From the NCBI GenBank assembly GCA_037379345.1, contig CM074511.1, forward strand, positions 6,324,001 to 6,388,000: 64,000 bases of DNA, written 5' to 3'. Position numbers and translations under genes: made by a program. This document shows, piece by piece, positions 1-13,200 of this stretch; position 1 is the stretch's first letter, and every line of letters begins with the position of its first letter. The notes beneath the pieces were generated by a model, which did not search any database, was not told the origin of the DNA, and worked only from the letters and a program-made list of their open reading frames with translations. The DNA is from Perna viridis. Lineage: Eukaryota.

Positions 1-959
1 CAATGAATTGTCAAGGTAATATTTTAAAAATGTATAAATCAAAGCAATAAGGTTGTGCCCAATGAGTCATTGACAGAATATTTTGACCTGACTTAAACTT
101 CACCCACTACTTAGACCTATCTAATCCCTGTTATTTCTATTAAAACTATGGACATTGTAAGATACATCTTTTTGTCTGAAAAAGATTCTAAAAATATCTT
201 TTCCTAGAAATTACAGGAAGTCTAGGGTAAATATTCTTCATATTTTATCTGAATTACTTATGACCAATACAATTCTCATTTATAATGATCCAATATTTTT
301 TGCACCTAATTTTGTTAATTAAAAAAGATTCTAAGAAATTTTCAGAACAAAGAGTTGAAAAACAATTCAAAGAAAGATTCATAAATGTTTCAAAACAGAT
401 ATCCAGTAAAAGTCTGTTTCTTTAACATAAATAGCTATGTCCAAATATATAAATAATGATGGCTGAAAGTAATGTTTCAAACTATATTGCCAGTCTAAAG
501 TGAAAAGAAGTTTAGTGATATACTGATGAAGTATTCTTTGAGGACCACTCTATTATATAGATGTGAAGGTTGTCTACTGTAACACAGAAACCATGTGAAA
601 AACTGTCAATAAACTCTTCTTTGTACTCTTAGTAAACTCTGAGAACCATGCACTTTAGTAATAAACATTATTTAATAACTATTTCAAAGAACATTATGAA
701 CTTTACTGTGGTTTGTGAATGCACATTTAGTTATCGCATTGACATAAGTAAGGGTGAATTACCGAGATATTCTTAGAATCAACAATATTGACAACATAAT
801 TAGTTAAAGAATGATGGATGGACACAGACTTTACAATATTTATGGAAAACACATTGGAGCTTAAAGCATGTTATGTACCAGTAGCTATCTATACAGAGAG
901 AAAAGGTGAACTGGAAAAAAAACAAACATTAGCTCAGTATGGGTCTGTTATTTGCTTAA

Positions 960-1830
960 ATAAAATGCTTAGTGGGACACAGCTTGATATGGCCACAGAG
1001 GTCAAACCCTAAACAGTTGGGGCAATCATGTATGGAAACGCAATTCAAACTTGATGCAGCTTTGATTTTTTCTTTATTGTGAGTATACATATGACAAAGA
1101 ATAAGAATTTAACCCATTTTGGCCCCTAATTCCTAAATGGTTACAGTCAAAATCTCCAAAATCAGTCATGACCTTCCTTAGTAGGTATGGTACTCTATGG
1201 TATTTCATGGAGATCCATTGTCTTTCACTCAATCTGTCATTCAGAAATCAGAAAAAATTCTTGTATCTGACCCTTAATTCTTAATAGGCTGAAGTCGCAA
1301 CTACAAAAATCACTGCTAGTCTCTTTTGAAGTATGGCACCTAGTAGTACAATTCAAAGAGGTCTATCGTCTTTTTTACACGTGTTCATGTCTGGATAGCT
1401 CCCAAAGTTATTTCTAGCTTTCCTTTGGTGGTATGTCAACTTGTGATAAGATTTTTTTTTTTTTAAATGGTCCCATTAATTAGTCAAGTTATTGTCTGGA
1501 CATCAGGAAAATCATATTTCTGGTCCCTTTTTGACACTCAATTCCTAAAAGGTACAAACAATTGCTTTTATTGAAATCATATAGTTAAATTCTTTGAAAT
1601 GCTTGTTTTTTGCCCTTTATTCCAAAAATGGTTTGGGCAATAACCCCCAAAATCAATACCAACGATCCTTTTGACGTTGGGAACCTTGTTATAAAATTCT
1701 ATAAGATCAACCAACTAACATCCAATCTACTGCGCAAAAACCAAGTTTCTACAGATGACAACACAGATGACCATGACGACAACAATATCAACACAATATG
1801 AGTAAATTTTTTTTTGTGGTTGTATAAAAA
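960..1830. mobile_element. Interspersed repeat with degenerate internal tandem units (HINE-like, family B), copy 1
   Basis: Recurrent units GGCCCCTAATTCCTAAA...CCCAAAATCAAT...CCTT...GATCCATT...AGTTATTGTC, a GAC-rich tract near the end, and terminus GTATAAAAA. Homologous to 7545-7692 plus 9578-10200. Confidence 0.65.
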
Positions 1831-2450
1831 TAACTGATTATACCCATGCATTATATTTATCCTAATGACTCAACATGGAGTTCACATAAGATCTTCTAGA
1901 ATAAACTTTTTACTGGAAAGATTATATCAACATGTGAAATGTCTCCATAAATACAATAAAAGTAAGATCCATACAAAACAATAGGTCAATGGAGTTACAA
2001 ACATTATCAATGAGATAGTCTCCAATCTCTGCAGCCTCACCAATCCTGACAGACCAAATACCATGTAAGCTTACAATCTGACAGACATCAAGGCAGAGTT
2101 GGAATACAATAAATCTATCAAACAAATCCTTACCAATACTTATAAGGAAACTTGGTTTTAGAAACAAGAGGAAATTAAACTTCAGTCTTGATACATAATT
2201 CATTTTCATTCATGATGTTAAGATCAGCCTAGTCAGCAAAAAATCAGAGTTTGGTTACCTAGTAAAGCTTCTTCAATATCAATGTTGAGAAAATTCTATA
2301 CAAAAAGTTATTACCAGGGTTTTCACAATTATTTTCCAGGCCTTCATTCATCCGCTTTAAAGAACATGGAGAAATTCAAAACTAGTATATCTATCAGCAT
2401 GGGGTCAACAAGAAAGTCAACAGGAACTTGTATTCCTAGGTACCATTGGT

Positions 2451-3436
2451 ATGTATGGGTTAACATCAGTGAAGATACTGACTGATATCATTTAATATGT
2501 ATGGGTTAACATCAGTGGAGATACTGACTGATATCATTTAATATGTATGGGTTAACATCAGTGGAGATACTGACTGATATCATTTAATATATATGGGTTA
2601 ACATCAGTGGAGGTACCGACTGATATCATTTAATATGTATGGGTTAACATCAGTGGAGATACCGACTGATATCATTTAATATGTATGGGTTAACATCAGT
2701 GGAGATACTGACTGATATCATTTAATATGTATGGGTTAACATCAGTGGAGATACTGACTGATATCATTTAATATGTATGGGTTAACATCAGTGGAGGTAC
2801 TGACTAATATCATTTAATATGTATGGGTTAACATCAGTGGAGATACTGACTGGCATTATTAAATATGTATAGGTAAACATCAGTGGATATACTGACTGGC
2901 ATTATTAAATATGTATGGGTTAACATCAGTGGAGATACTGACTGATATCATTTAATATGTATGGGTTAACATCAGTGGAGGTACTGACTGATATCATTTA
3001 ATATGTATGGGTTAACATCAGTGGAGGTACTGACTGATATCATTTAATATGTATGGGTTAACATCAGTGGAGATACTGACTGGCATTATTAAATATGTAT
3101 AGGTAAACATCAGTGGATATACTGACTGGCATTATTAAATATGTATAGGTAAACATCAGTGGATATACTGACTGGCATTATTAAATATGTATAGGTAAAC
3201 ATCAGTGGATATACTGACTGGCATTATTAAATATGTATGGGTTAACATCAGTGGAGATACTGACTGATATCATTTAATATGTATGGGTTAACATCAGTGG
3301 AGATACTGACTGATATCATTTAATATGTATGGGTTAACATCAGTGGAGGTACTGACTGATATCATTTAATATGTATGGGTTAACATCAGTGGAGATACTG
3401 ACTGGCATTATTAAATATGTATGGGTTAACATTAGT
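2451..3436. repeat. 46-bp minisatellite, about 21.4 copies
   Basis: Unit ATGTATGGGTTAACATCAGTGGAGATACTGACTGATATCATTTAAT, with starts at 2451, 2497, 2543 ... 3417. Confidence 0.97.
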
Positions 3437-6400
3437 ATAGACACTGCCCTAAGTTAAGTTCAATTATCTGAGATGTCATGTTATTTATTACAAGGAAATA
3501 AAACTATTATAAATTATAAACTGATGGATTTGTGGTCAAAAGCAATTTTTATACATGGCACTGCTAAAAGTTTGGATTTTTTATAGGGTGAAAACTCTGT
3601 AGAAAATATATAATCTTAGAGAAGTACAACCTTGACAGAGTTCACGAAAATTCCAACTTTTAAGATAGGCAGATAATAATTGTAAAGTTTCAATAATGTG
3701 ATAAAAGACTCTAGTTCTTTTCTAAGAATTCTGTAAAGTTAGAGCTATTTTGACTATAAAACAGAGAAAAGTCTTATATTTTTTGAAGCAATGAACCACT
3801 ATTGTTCATTAAAAAAATACCTTCACAAACTCTTCTAAAACATCACAAGCTGCTCATATTATTACAATGTCTGATTGGTTAGTACTATAAAACAGTACTC
3901 ATGACATATGCAAATTTTACAAACATTTTTTAATGGTTTTGTATATTTTTGTTCCTGAACTTGACTTTTCCCAAATAAAATTGTCTGCCTACATGGAATG
4001 ACATGTTGTTCATTGACATAGATCTATTCAATTATGAAAACATATGAAGTGTGTAGAACTAAAAATAAATGCATAAAATTTTGCTGGAATCAATTGAAAA
4101 TTTCCAATGATTGCATAATACAGATGAAAAACAACAGGTATTGTATGATTCACGATTGTTACGTAAGAAATGGCAAGACAAAGGAGAGACAGATTTGTTC
4201 TGAATCACAGATGTGTTTCTGCATCAATTCTAAATTCTTCAGTTGACATTTTGAATGGTTCCTGTATAAAATTTTTTGAACTGACTAATAGTCTGAGGAA
4301 TACAAATGGATGACATCATGAAGTGAAAAATTATTCATCATTCCAAGTTTTAAAACTTCACTTTAAGCACTTCAATGGTTCATTTCTACAAGACCACAAT
4401 TTTGTCATATGAAGTGGAATATTCTTTAAGTATGCATCTTTTTAAAGTACTTCCTGCCATGCAAATCAAGATAATCAAAACAATGTTGACAGATGTAAAA
4501 AAGAACTGTAAAATGTTTGAAATACCTTAAAACTGAACTAAAATTATATTAAATTAGATTTTAGACTTATATTTCCCTTACCAAAAATAAAATGAATGTA
4601 CAATAACATCTGTCATCTGTATTGATATATATTTAATGCAGAAAATCATTTATTTCTGAAACATTCATAAAAATAAAGATTCATAAATAATGCAGCTCCA
4701 CAGAAATAAATGTTGAAATCAACATTGTGTTTCTATATGTAAAATTTCCATTACAATGAGTCACTCATCTCTTTGACTTTCAAATATTGAAGAGAAAAAC
4801 CTGTGTCAAATGATAATTGGAACTGTGAATGATACTCCCAATGGTGATTGGCCTCTTAACATTAATTCTGAATAAATTTCCTAGCAAGTACTTCTTCAAT
4901 GGGACATGTAAAACTTGTTCTTGATTTATTTTTTATCCAGAAGTGCATTCAAAACCCAAGACTGATTTGTATTTAGTTTGCTACTATCTGGTACATTAAT
5001 GTAAGACTTTTTTTATTATGTGTCAGTCATGAAACTTTCTATAATGCAGTAATAGTTAAGTGTCCTTTTTATCATCATATCTACTTTCTTTGGTAAGACT
5101 GTAGTGTTTACCTGATAAGAACAACTCCTCTGCTTTTGAATTGGAGTTAGGGAGTTATTCTCATGAATCCACAGGGTCATGTGATGAGACTTACAAACCC
5201 AATTTGATATCCTACATTCACATAAAAAAACACAGAAAAGTCTAAGAAGGTTTGTGCAAGGTACATGGTTAATCTAAAAGGTAAACATGATGATGATACA
5301 CACTTCATTGTCTAGTAACACACCGGAATCAGTAATGAATTGGATTGGTCATCACTGACTACAATCAAGACATTGCCAACATAGAGAAGTATGGCAAACA
5401 AAATTATTTTACTGCGTGAACATAAATATCATATGTACTTTTTTACTGGGTGAACATAAATATCATATGTACATCCTTTGTGTGAAGTTTTGTTAAAATC
5501 AACTCATTGGTTAAGAAAGAAAAGGATCGAATAAAGATGACAAGAACTGGACTGAAGAATGGGCTAGTCAAATATTATACCCTAAACAATGTGTCCTTTG
5601 AAACACATGATGACCTCGGCTCAATATGTTGGAAGAGTTCAAGCAATACCACCAGTGCCATATGTAAGTAACATGGGGTATGATTCATAGGAAAGTTGTT
5701 TTTTTCCCAAATTTATGAACTTCCAACTTGAAACTAATTTTTCTATTATTTTTTGGTGGAGTTCAAGAATTCTACATTTTGTATGACAGTCCAAGAAATT
5801 AGAGACAGAAACAACAAAGAAAATGAATAGAAAACATAATGTAAATGTGAACCCTCAGCTCTGTCCAATAGGAACCATGGGGTATCCACATCACTAAGGT
5901 CCAGTGAAGAAGAGATCATGGCCATACCATTATGTCAGTAAGTTCATGATAGTAGCTATGAAACTTCTAAAGTAATAACTATATCTTGAAAGTAGGAAGT
6001 TGTTGAACATTAAATAGATTGTCATATCTTTACCCTGTCTTACAAAAATAAGACAAGTCTGTGTATGACCTGTCACGTCTGTCTCAAATATAAATGGTCT
6101 TGTTTTCATTTTATAAGGATTAGGACCAGATCAAATGAATCAATTGATTTCTGATGACACATGGTTACCAATATTAATGACTCAACATTTTCTTAACAAT
6201 AACATTGATATAAACTTGATGCTCCAGCATTGTTTGTCTATACACATCATACATGTAATAGAAATTAAATTCTGCTTATTTGGCATAACCAAACCTTACA
6301 GGCTAGTTGTATTTATCAAGGTATTATAAAAGACTTGATCCATGGTAGTTTGTGATGCCATCAATACCATTTAAAGCGTCATGAATAATTTGATGTCTTA

Positions 6401-7544
6401 TAAAAATCAGATATGGAAAGAAATCTAGATACTTTCAAACATTAGAAAAATGCTTCAGCAATTCCAATATAAAAATAATGCCACCATCCAAAAGACAAAC
6501 AATAAAACCATGGTACTACATTGCTTGTTTAACAACTTAGTAACAGTATCTCAGATGTTACAGAACATTTTGACCCTAGTTATCTCATCAAAGTCTGCTA
6601 CAAAGATTATGGCCCATTAAAAAGCCAAAAGCCCCAGAAAGATCAAAGACTCCAATACTTGACCTTTTTAGACATTTCAAAAGTTCTGCAATAAATAATG
6701 GATCCCACAATCTGAGATCAATGACTTGATATTGTCAACCTATATACACCCATAATTAATGAGCACTTACTGCATTAAATTGCATCAGCATGGAAAGCAC
6801 AAACAAGTTTAACAAACTGACAATTAGGAACAGAGTTATCTGATGCCAACCTAATTATAGTCCAAATAAATTGACATATTCTAAATGCAGAAAGGGTAAA
6901 ACTGATTGAATTTTAAATTAGGTTAAAAGTGCAAAATTTTGATGAAAATCATAATGCTTCAATTATTTGCACTTGAAACTTACAAAATAAAAATAATGGT
7001 CAGAACTTGATTTAAATTAAAAACTGAAACAAAAATATGAGAAGAAATTAGAGCCATCTGAAATAAACCCCTGTGGGTAAAAAGCATCTTATTCTCAAAG
7101 ATAATTCAAGTATGCTGATAACTCACTAAGAACTTATATATATTGACATTTCATTGACCCCCATCACCTACAGTCCAAGAACCATAGAATCCCTCACATA
7201 AGCTAATAATTCTGATATGGTTTATTTTTTAATCTAAAAAAACAAAAACAAAAACAAAAACAGAGCAAAAATCCTCATATAGAAATCAACTGCTGACATC
7301 AAGATATCAAAATACAACTTTAACTATGCAATCAAGGACAGGTTATGAAATCATATATGAATCATTTCAGGTCAAAGACTTAAAATTTGAGCAACCTAAG
7401 ACTTAGTTTATACTTGAATAGATTCAGGAAAAAAAACAATTAAACAATACTATTACTACAATTGCAAGTTAAATAAGTAAAAGTTGAGTTGAAAACCAAT
7501 AATCAAGCACAATTAAAACTACATATTGATATTGAATTAAATTG

Positions 7545-10200
7545 GATAAAATGCTTCAAGGGTACAACTTTATACCAAAGCAGAACTTGAACCTGGAGCA
7601 GTTGGGGCAAGTATGGACACATCATTCAAGCTTGATGCAGATCTGAAATTTGATTGCCATTTGATATTTGGCAAAGAAAAAGAATTTGACCAGAATCGAA
7701 AGAGGAATCAAGGGAACCAAGGTTATAGCGTTAATCAAAAGAATGTAATCCAGGGACAAAGACCGGACATGGAAAACAGACATACACAACAAAGAAAATA
7801 AAGTAACTAAAATCATACATACAAAGTAACAAAAGTAAATGAGCAACTCAGACTCCACTAAAAACTGGGAGCATGGACCAGGTGCACTGATAGGGTAAGC
7901 GTCCTCTGCTTTTCTAGAAACACCCGCCGAGTTGCTCATAAAAAGTCAAGTCCGGGGTAGACAAACGAGGAAAGGAAAACCATGACCCGTTGAATAAATC
8001 AGTTTTCATGGTGCAGATGGATACACCATAACGATCCACGAGTTCATGATGACGACTATAAAACTTCTGTAGTGATGACTTCAATCTTGTAGCAACATAA
8101 CCCTGTTCCAGAAGCCGATTTGTTAGAGTTCTAGCACGATACAAAAAGTCTGTGTAGTCCCGGCAAGCTCTGGCATAACGTATGAGTTGTGATATGAACA
8201 CTCCATACGCAGGAGCCGAAGGGATGTTGCCACAGATGAAAGGAAAGTTGACAATTCTGAATGAAAAGTCATCACGTTTGTTGTAAAGTTTGGTCAATAG
8301 TTTTCCCTTACCATCGATGGCTAAGTGTAGGTCAAGATATGAGGCTGACTTCACATTGTCTGTAGTATCTTCTATCTCAATTTCTTTTGGGTTGATGCAA
8401 TGTATCAAATCCCCGAAATTAGGATTGTTTAAAGATAACACGTCATCTATGTAGCGGAAACTGAGATTGAAGGATCTAGCAAAACAATATTCTTTCCTTC
8501 TGATCAGACCAGCTATAAAGTCAGCCTCATAAGAGTGAAGGAAAAGGTCAACTAGTAAAGGAGCACAATTTGTTCCCATTGGAATGCCGACCGTTTGTTG
8601 AAAAACACATCCACCACACTGGACAAATATGTTGTCGATTAAAAATTCCAGCATTTTGTAAACATCATCCTCTGTATATTTGGAAGATGATTTGGAATTA
8701 TTTCTTACAAAGTATGAGGAATCTCTACCAAGAACTATATATTTGTATCTAGATCTACCATCTTTTTTGGAAAAACAACGATGTATAATGTTTTTAAGTC
8801 AGGATTTTAACTGAGTATGGGGAATAGAAGTATACAGTGTTGAAAAACCATAGGTTTTAATGCTATTATATTCAAATAATAGTCTTGAACTGATTGTCTC
8901 CAAAAGATCTTTTGAATTTTTCAGGATCCACATTGAATTAATACATTGTACCATTATGGGAGTAACAAGTGTTGTGGTAGGACTGTAGACCCTCTTTGAC
9001 AGTTGTGAGTATAGAAGTTAAAAGTTTTGAAAGAGGTTTGGTGGTACATTTTGCAGATCCAGCTATGAAACGTTGTTTGTATCGATTCTTGTGAAGTTTA
9101 GGAATCCAGTACATAGACGGTAGATGACAATCATTGTCCTTGGTAGAGAGACCAAAAGAGGATAGCACAGATTCATGGTTTTCCACAATCTCTTCTTTGG
9201 AAAGAGTGGTAGCAGTGTAGGTCTTATCACTGCTATTATTTTCTATGTCTACCTCTGATAATAAACATTGGATATAAAACGTTTTGCAGACAAAAACAAT
9301 GTTGTTTTGGGCTTTGTCTGCTGGTACTACAACATATTTGTCATGTATAGTAGACAATATTTTTGCTACATCGGGGTCTTTGAAAACTGATGTAGCCTTG
9401 GCACTCATTGACCTACTTAAAACTTTCATTTGTTTCAAAATTAAAGACCTCACAGCCTTCAACCACTCTGACAGAGAATCAATGTCTTCTTGTTCTTGTT
9501 TTATCCATTTTCTTGCATAGTCCTCGACGGCATCCATAAGAACTTTAAAGTTATAATTTCAATTTATGGAGCGTGATCCCATTTTGGCCCCCTATTAGTC
9601 AATAAGCACATGCCCCAAAATCAATCACAGCATTCCTTTGGGGTAAAAGTACTTTGTGATGCAATTTCAAAGAGATTCATTCACATTTAAATTAAGTTAC
9701 CATGTAGTCTGGACATCATGAAAATTCATGTTTCAGGTCCCTTTTCTTACCCTAATTCCTAAACAGTTTATGTCACAATCCCCAAAAATCAACCTAAACC
9801 ATCCTTTTGTAGTATGGCGCCTTGTATATTATTAAAGGGATCCATTCATGTATAATCAAGTTATTGTCCAGATATCAGGAAAATGCTTGTTTTTTGCCCC
9901 TGATTGCTAAATGATTCAAGTCACAAATCAGTCCCAACCTCAATTTTTGCGGTACCACACCTTGTGGTACAAATTCAAATGGACTCATTCAATTATCATA
10001 TAAATCCACCTTTCTTGCCCCTTGTTTGGCCCCTAATTCCTAAAACTCTAAAAATCAATGCCAGGCTTCATTTTGTTGTAGGATACCTTGTAGTTTAATT
10101 TCATAAAGATCCATATATACAATTTTCTTGAAATTATTGTCTGGACATGAATGTCTATCATAAGAATGATGTTAAGTACAACAATGACAGCCATCCTATA
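7545..10200. mobile_element. Family B repeat, copy 2, split by the PLE insertion
   Basis: 7545-7692 matches about 963-1112 (AAATGCTT...CAGTTGGGGCAA...CTTGATGCAG...AAGAATTT). 9578-10200 resumes at CCCATTTTGGCCCC as at 1113. Confidence 0.7.
7699..9577 (-). mobile_element. Penelope-like retroelement (family 1), longest copy, 5'-truncated, RT pseudogene
   Basis: PLE-type RT motifs VVPADKA.NN, YWIPKLHK..YKQRFIAGS, MWILKNSK, (D>G)FSTLYT, QTVGIPMGTNCAPLL, FRYIDD, SASYLDL, ISQLIRY. Disabled by a 7-bp insertion (8943-8949), TGA at 8799-8801 and a second TGA near 9560. Confidence 0.9.
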
Positions 10201-13200
10201 ACAATAATAATAGATAATCCTCAACAAAATAAAGGTCAGTGTTATTAGATTAAATTCTTTGAAAAAAAAAGAAACAAATCAATGATTGTATGACATATAA
10301 TTAGCCAAGACCTAAGTAACTACATGCTGAAGACTTTGGCAGGACTGGTGCTTTTTAATTCTACACAACTTGGCAACAACAGATAAAATTTATAGGTGCA
10401 ACCATCAATCTTGTAAGAACTAAAAAATGATCTATACAGTTAGTGTCAACCCACACCCTATCCTTCATTTCAACTCTTCAATGTTATCCAATTATAGAAA
10501 AACCCACACAAAAATGCTGAAATCATTTCTGTCTTAAATCTGATAATAGTTCAATCTAACCACTTTAGATGGTGGAGATATTCTAACTGACGAAAAATTG
10601 GAAGACTGTAAATTTCAGGTTATAAATTGCTGCTATTATTTAAGTGTATTATACTGAATCATTGTGACTAAAGACCTGTCCAATGTGCACCTGGTAGAAA
10701 AGCCACAGGTGTATACTTTAAAAAATTCATTGCTGTATCAAGTAGCATTTTATTCTGTTGTGAGGGCTGTTTAAAGATTGAATTCCATGTCACGATGATC
10801 ATGCACAAACTAGCAATGCCCAGGAATAATTAAATGTATTACCTGTTTTTTAATTCTTTATAATTTAAATGTGGTACTAAATAGATGTTTTTTCCTAATG
10901 ATACAAAAATTTCACCAACAATGAAATGATTGATACACACGAACCAGCATTATCAACATCAATGAATTTTATGAAAGTTAAATTGAAAGAATTGGGGAAA
11001 TAAGAAAAAAACTTACCATTCAAGTTTGGATTCCATGTTTTGTATGCTGATTTTGTCAATATTTCTAGTATCTAAAGGAAGTAAGACACCAGGATGACTA
11101 GCTACAAGTTAGTACTGAGGATGTCTCCAAGTGGGGCATTCATGGCATAGAAGAATATTTCGAAGTAGGGATAATAAGAATATTAGCCAGGATTCAGACT
11201 ACAGGGGGTATCCATCTTTCACCAAAGACAGTGAACTTTATCAACAAGACTATCTGTATTACTCATTGGAAAAAATCAAAACCTGTCAGTTTGCCACCTT
11301 GAACTCTGAAAGTTTAAAATCGGATAATAACCCTGCCAAAATGTACAAGTTTTTCACCTGCTGCAAAAAGAGATATTGGAAACAGAGATTGCCAAGGACA
11401 ACTGATCTATCCTGCCAAGATATTACTTAATATCCTGCACTTCTGAGAAAGTATTCATCAATCTAAAATCAATTCCAGTCTAGCAGACCAATAAGTTGAA
11501 TGTTCTAGAAAACTTTGAATGCCAAATGGTTCTGATGACTTTACCATCAGTCTGCTCACAGAACATTACACAACTAATTGCTTTTATGCAAATAATTAGT
11601 GATGAAAGTATAAACAGAAATGGTAAACCAGATATTTAGGTTAGAATGTGGGTTTCTGGGTTATTAAGGCGTTCATATACAAACAAAAAATTCATTCTGA
11701 GTATCAAAAATCAAACAGACTTCATTTAATAAGATGAAAATAGAATTATATCAGGATAAAATACAGCAGTTATGTTACATCTACAAGATACCAGCATATT
11801 ACATAATTATAGTCAAGAAGCCTAAAATAAAAATCTTCTATCTTCATTACATCACAAAGTCTTGAAGAATACCATACTACCACAACTAAAATAACACAGA
11901 GTCTCTAAAATAACTACAATATAGAACTTCGACAGCTATATCAAGGGTGCCTTTTTGATAAAAGAGAATCATTTACCAGCATTTAGTCTACACATTTTTC
12001 AGTCTTAAGACTTCTGTACAGTGGATTTCATTTGCCCTTTCCCTTACCAGAACTTCTAATTTTCTCAGAAATTGCTAGAGTGAACTGAAGCTATTGGTCC
12101 ATTAGCAATATAGTGACAAACAATAAATATAGTTTGTATAAGCAGAGATTCAAATAATCTGAGTCCAAAGACCTTTTAGTAGTACATTTTTTAAACTCCT
12201 CAATTTGTAAGGATAAGACAATAAATGTTTATACCAGTATATTCAATAAATATGAAAGTTTCTCAGTTCAGTATTAGGACAACAAGCAAGTTTGAATTAT
12301 CATAGAAGAAAGTATCATAAATCTGAATGCCTGCAAAGTAATAAAGGGAATCAAAGAAGGATGATATGGAACAAAGTTTAGACAAATCATGGGTTCAAAC
12401 AATGATTTCATCGCACTAGAAAACAGCATGCACCACACACGTCATATGCATGCAGAAAAAAGGTTTTAGATCTATTTCAGCATCAGAAAACAACTAATTT
12501 TATACTATTTATCTCATTAATGTTGTGTTAATTAGGAGTTATGTCAGACCAGCTAAACTTTTAACATTTGAAGACGTCAGACTGTCGCAAGGAAGCTGCC
12601 ATCTTATCGGCATTTAAATTGGCAGGAAAATATCAGATAACTTCATGATTTCCTCAATCTGTAAATGTGATAACCCTTCAATTTAGTTGGTTTTTCTTTG
12701 TAAAATTGGAGTCAATACAATTGAAAATGGCCATGTTCAGGGTTAAGTGATTTTTATTTTATCACTATAAGAACTGTTGGCAGATAGATTACAAGTCATG
12801 TTTGGCTACTTTTCACTTAACCTTTTTGACCCATATACAGTACATGCTGTCTGGTAATGGGGCACATTCTGTGTAAGACAGAACACTACAGTTACATGGA
12901 ATTGTTTTTTTCATTATAATTGCTTCAAGGCACATGTATTTTGTATTTTTCACATTTTTCCATGTTTTTGTCATTCTATTGCCTCTTGGTAATTTATCTA
13001 CCATGTAAAGTACAGTTTTCCAGACTGGTTTTCTCAACACAAAAAGTACCCCAGAGGATATTAGCTTTCTAGCACTGATATTTTCAGGACAAAATCTACA
13101 TAATTTATTTGGTTAAAATGTCTCTTGTCTCTCCTTTCCCATTATGTAAAACAAAGTTAAATAATACAGCTGTGCATACATTTGACAGAAGACCTACTGA

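Noticed and set aside
2451-3436. CRISPR array
   Set aside because: Head-to-tail units without unique spacers, eukaryotic context and no cas genes. The same applies to the other minisatellites.
8799-8801. In-frame TGA in the PLE RT as selenocysteine
   Set aside because: The context LKS*LK is best explained as CGA(Arg)>TGA CpG decay, and the other TGA (SIN*N) as TGG>TGA. The copy also has a frameshift and a D>G change in the first RT aspartate motif.
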